A DNA stretch of 64,000 nucleotides, from positions 812,985 through 876,984 of the forward strand of contig NMRA01000008.1 in NCBI GenBank assembly GCA_002633005.1, given 5' to 3'. The position numbers were made by a program, and so were the translations under genes. The stretch is from Phoronis australis. Lineage: Eukaryota; Animalia; Phoronida. The notes beneath the pieces are model-generated. The model saw nothing but the letters and a program-made list of their open reading frames with translations, was not told the DNA's origin and ran no database searches. Below, piece after piece: positions 63,701-64,000 of this stretch. Positions within the stretch are counted from its first letter, which is position 1; each line of letters starts with the position of its first letter.

Positions 63701-63753
63701 GTAATGAATGCAAAATAACACGTAATGAATACAAAATAACAGGTAATGTATGG
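63691..63753 (+). repeat. 21-bp tandem triplication spanning the DM13 exon splice donor
   Basis: aaaataacaggtaatgaatgc / aaaataacacgtaatgaatac / aaaataacaggtaatgtatgg. Confidence 0.9.
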
Positions 63754-64000
63754 AAAATTTAAAGATTTACTTAAACCTGATAATGGGGTTATTTTCCACA
63801 GGAATGAGGAGAAGTTTCGATTCATATATTAATAAATAATTTATGGAATACAGGGTTTCTTAAAGGTTTCATTACCTGAACTGTTCTTGAAAGCCGTTTT
63901 ACGAATTGTTTTAAGATCTTCCAATTTTGCATGAGGGCCTGTAAAATATTATTATATGACTTATGAAGTACAACTGCTTAAGAAAACAAAACGGTATTTT

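Overview
AT-rich, intron- and repeat-rich animal genomic DNA. The repeat types and gene structure suggest a marine invertebrate deuterostome, possibly an echinoderm (inference only). The window has one assembly gap (47203-48084). Three spliced genes are supported: (1) the last coding exon of a Cys-loop ligand-gated ion channel (+, ends 531); (2) an ANKRD55-like ankyrin-repeat gene on the minus strand, with ten phase-consistent GT-AG coding exons traced from 21755 to 6399 (about 620 aa, start exon unresolved); (3) the 5' part of a secreted DM13-domain (Skeletor/Knickkopf-like) gene on the plus strand (55538 to beyond the window end). The rest is mostly transposon debris: a Helentron-like non-autonomous element, two copies of a TA-flanked TIR element, several MITEs and fold-backs, tRNA-derived SINEs, LINE remnants, and a Penelope-like GIY-YIG element with inverted terminal repeats. 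The most notable observations are: a tandem duplication across an ANKRD55 splice donor that creates four in-frame alternative donors, each adding a partial ankyrin unit; a Helentron-like element carrying about 10 co-oriented CTCF-like motifs at about 145-bp spacing between two convergent genes; and minimal hammerhead-ribozyme-like motifs in the Penelope-like repeats. No CRISPR, rRNA or prokaryotic-type system is present. All calls were made by eye, without database searches.
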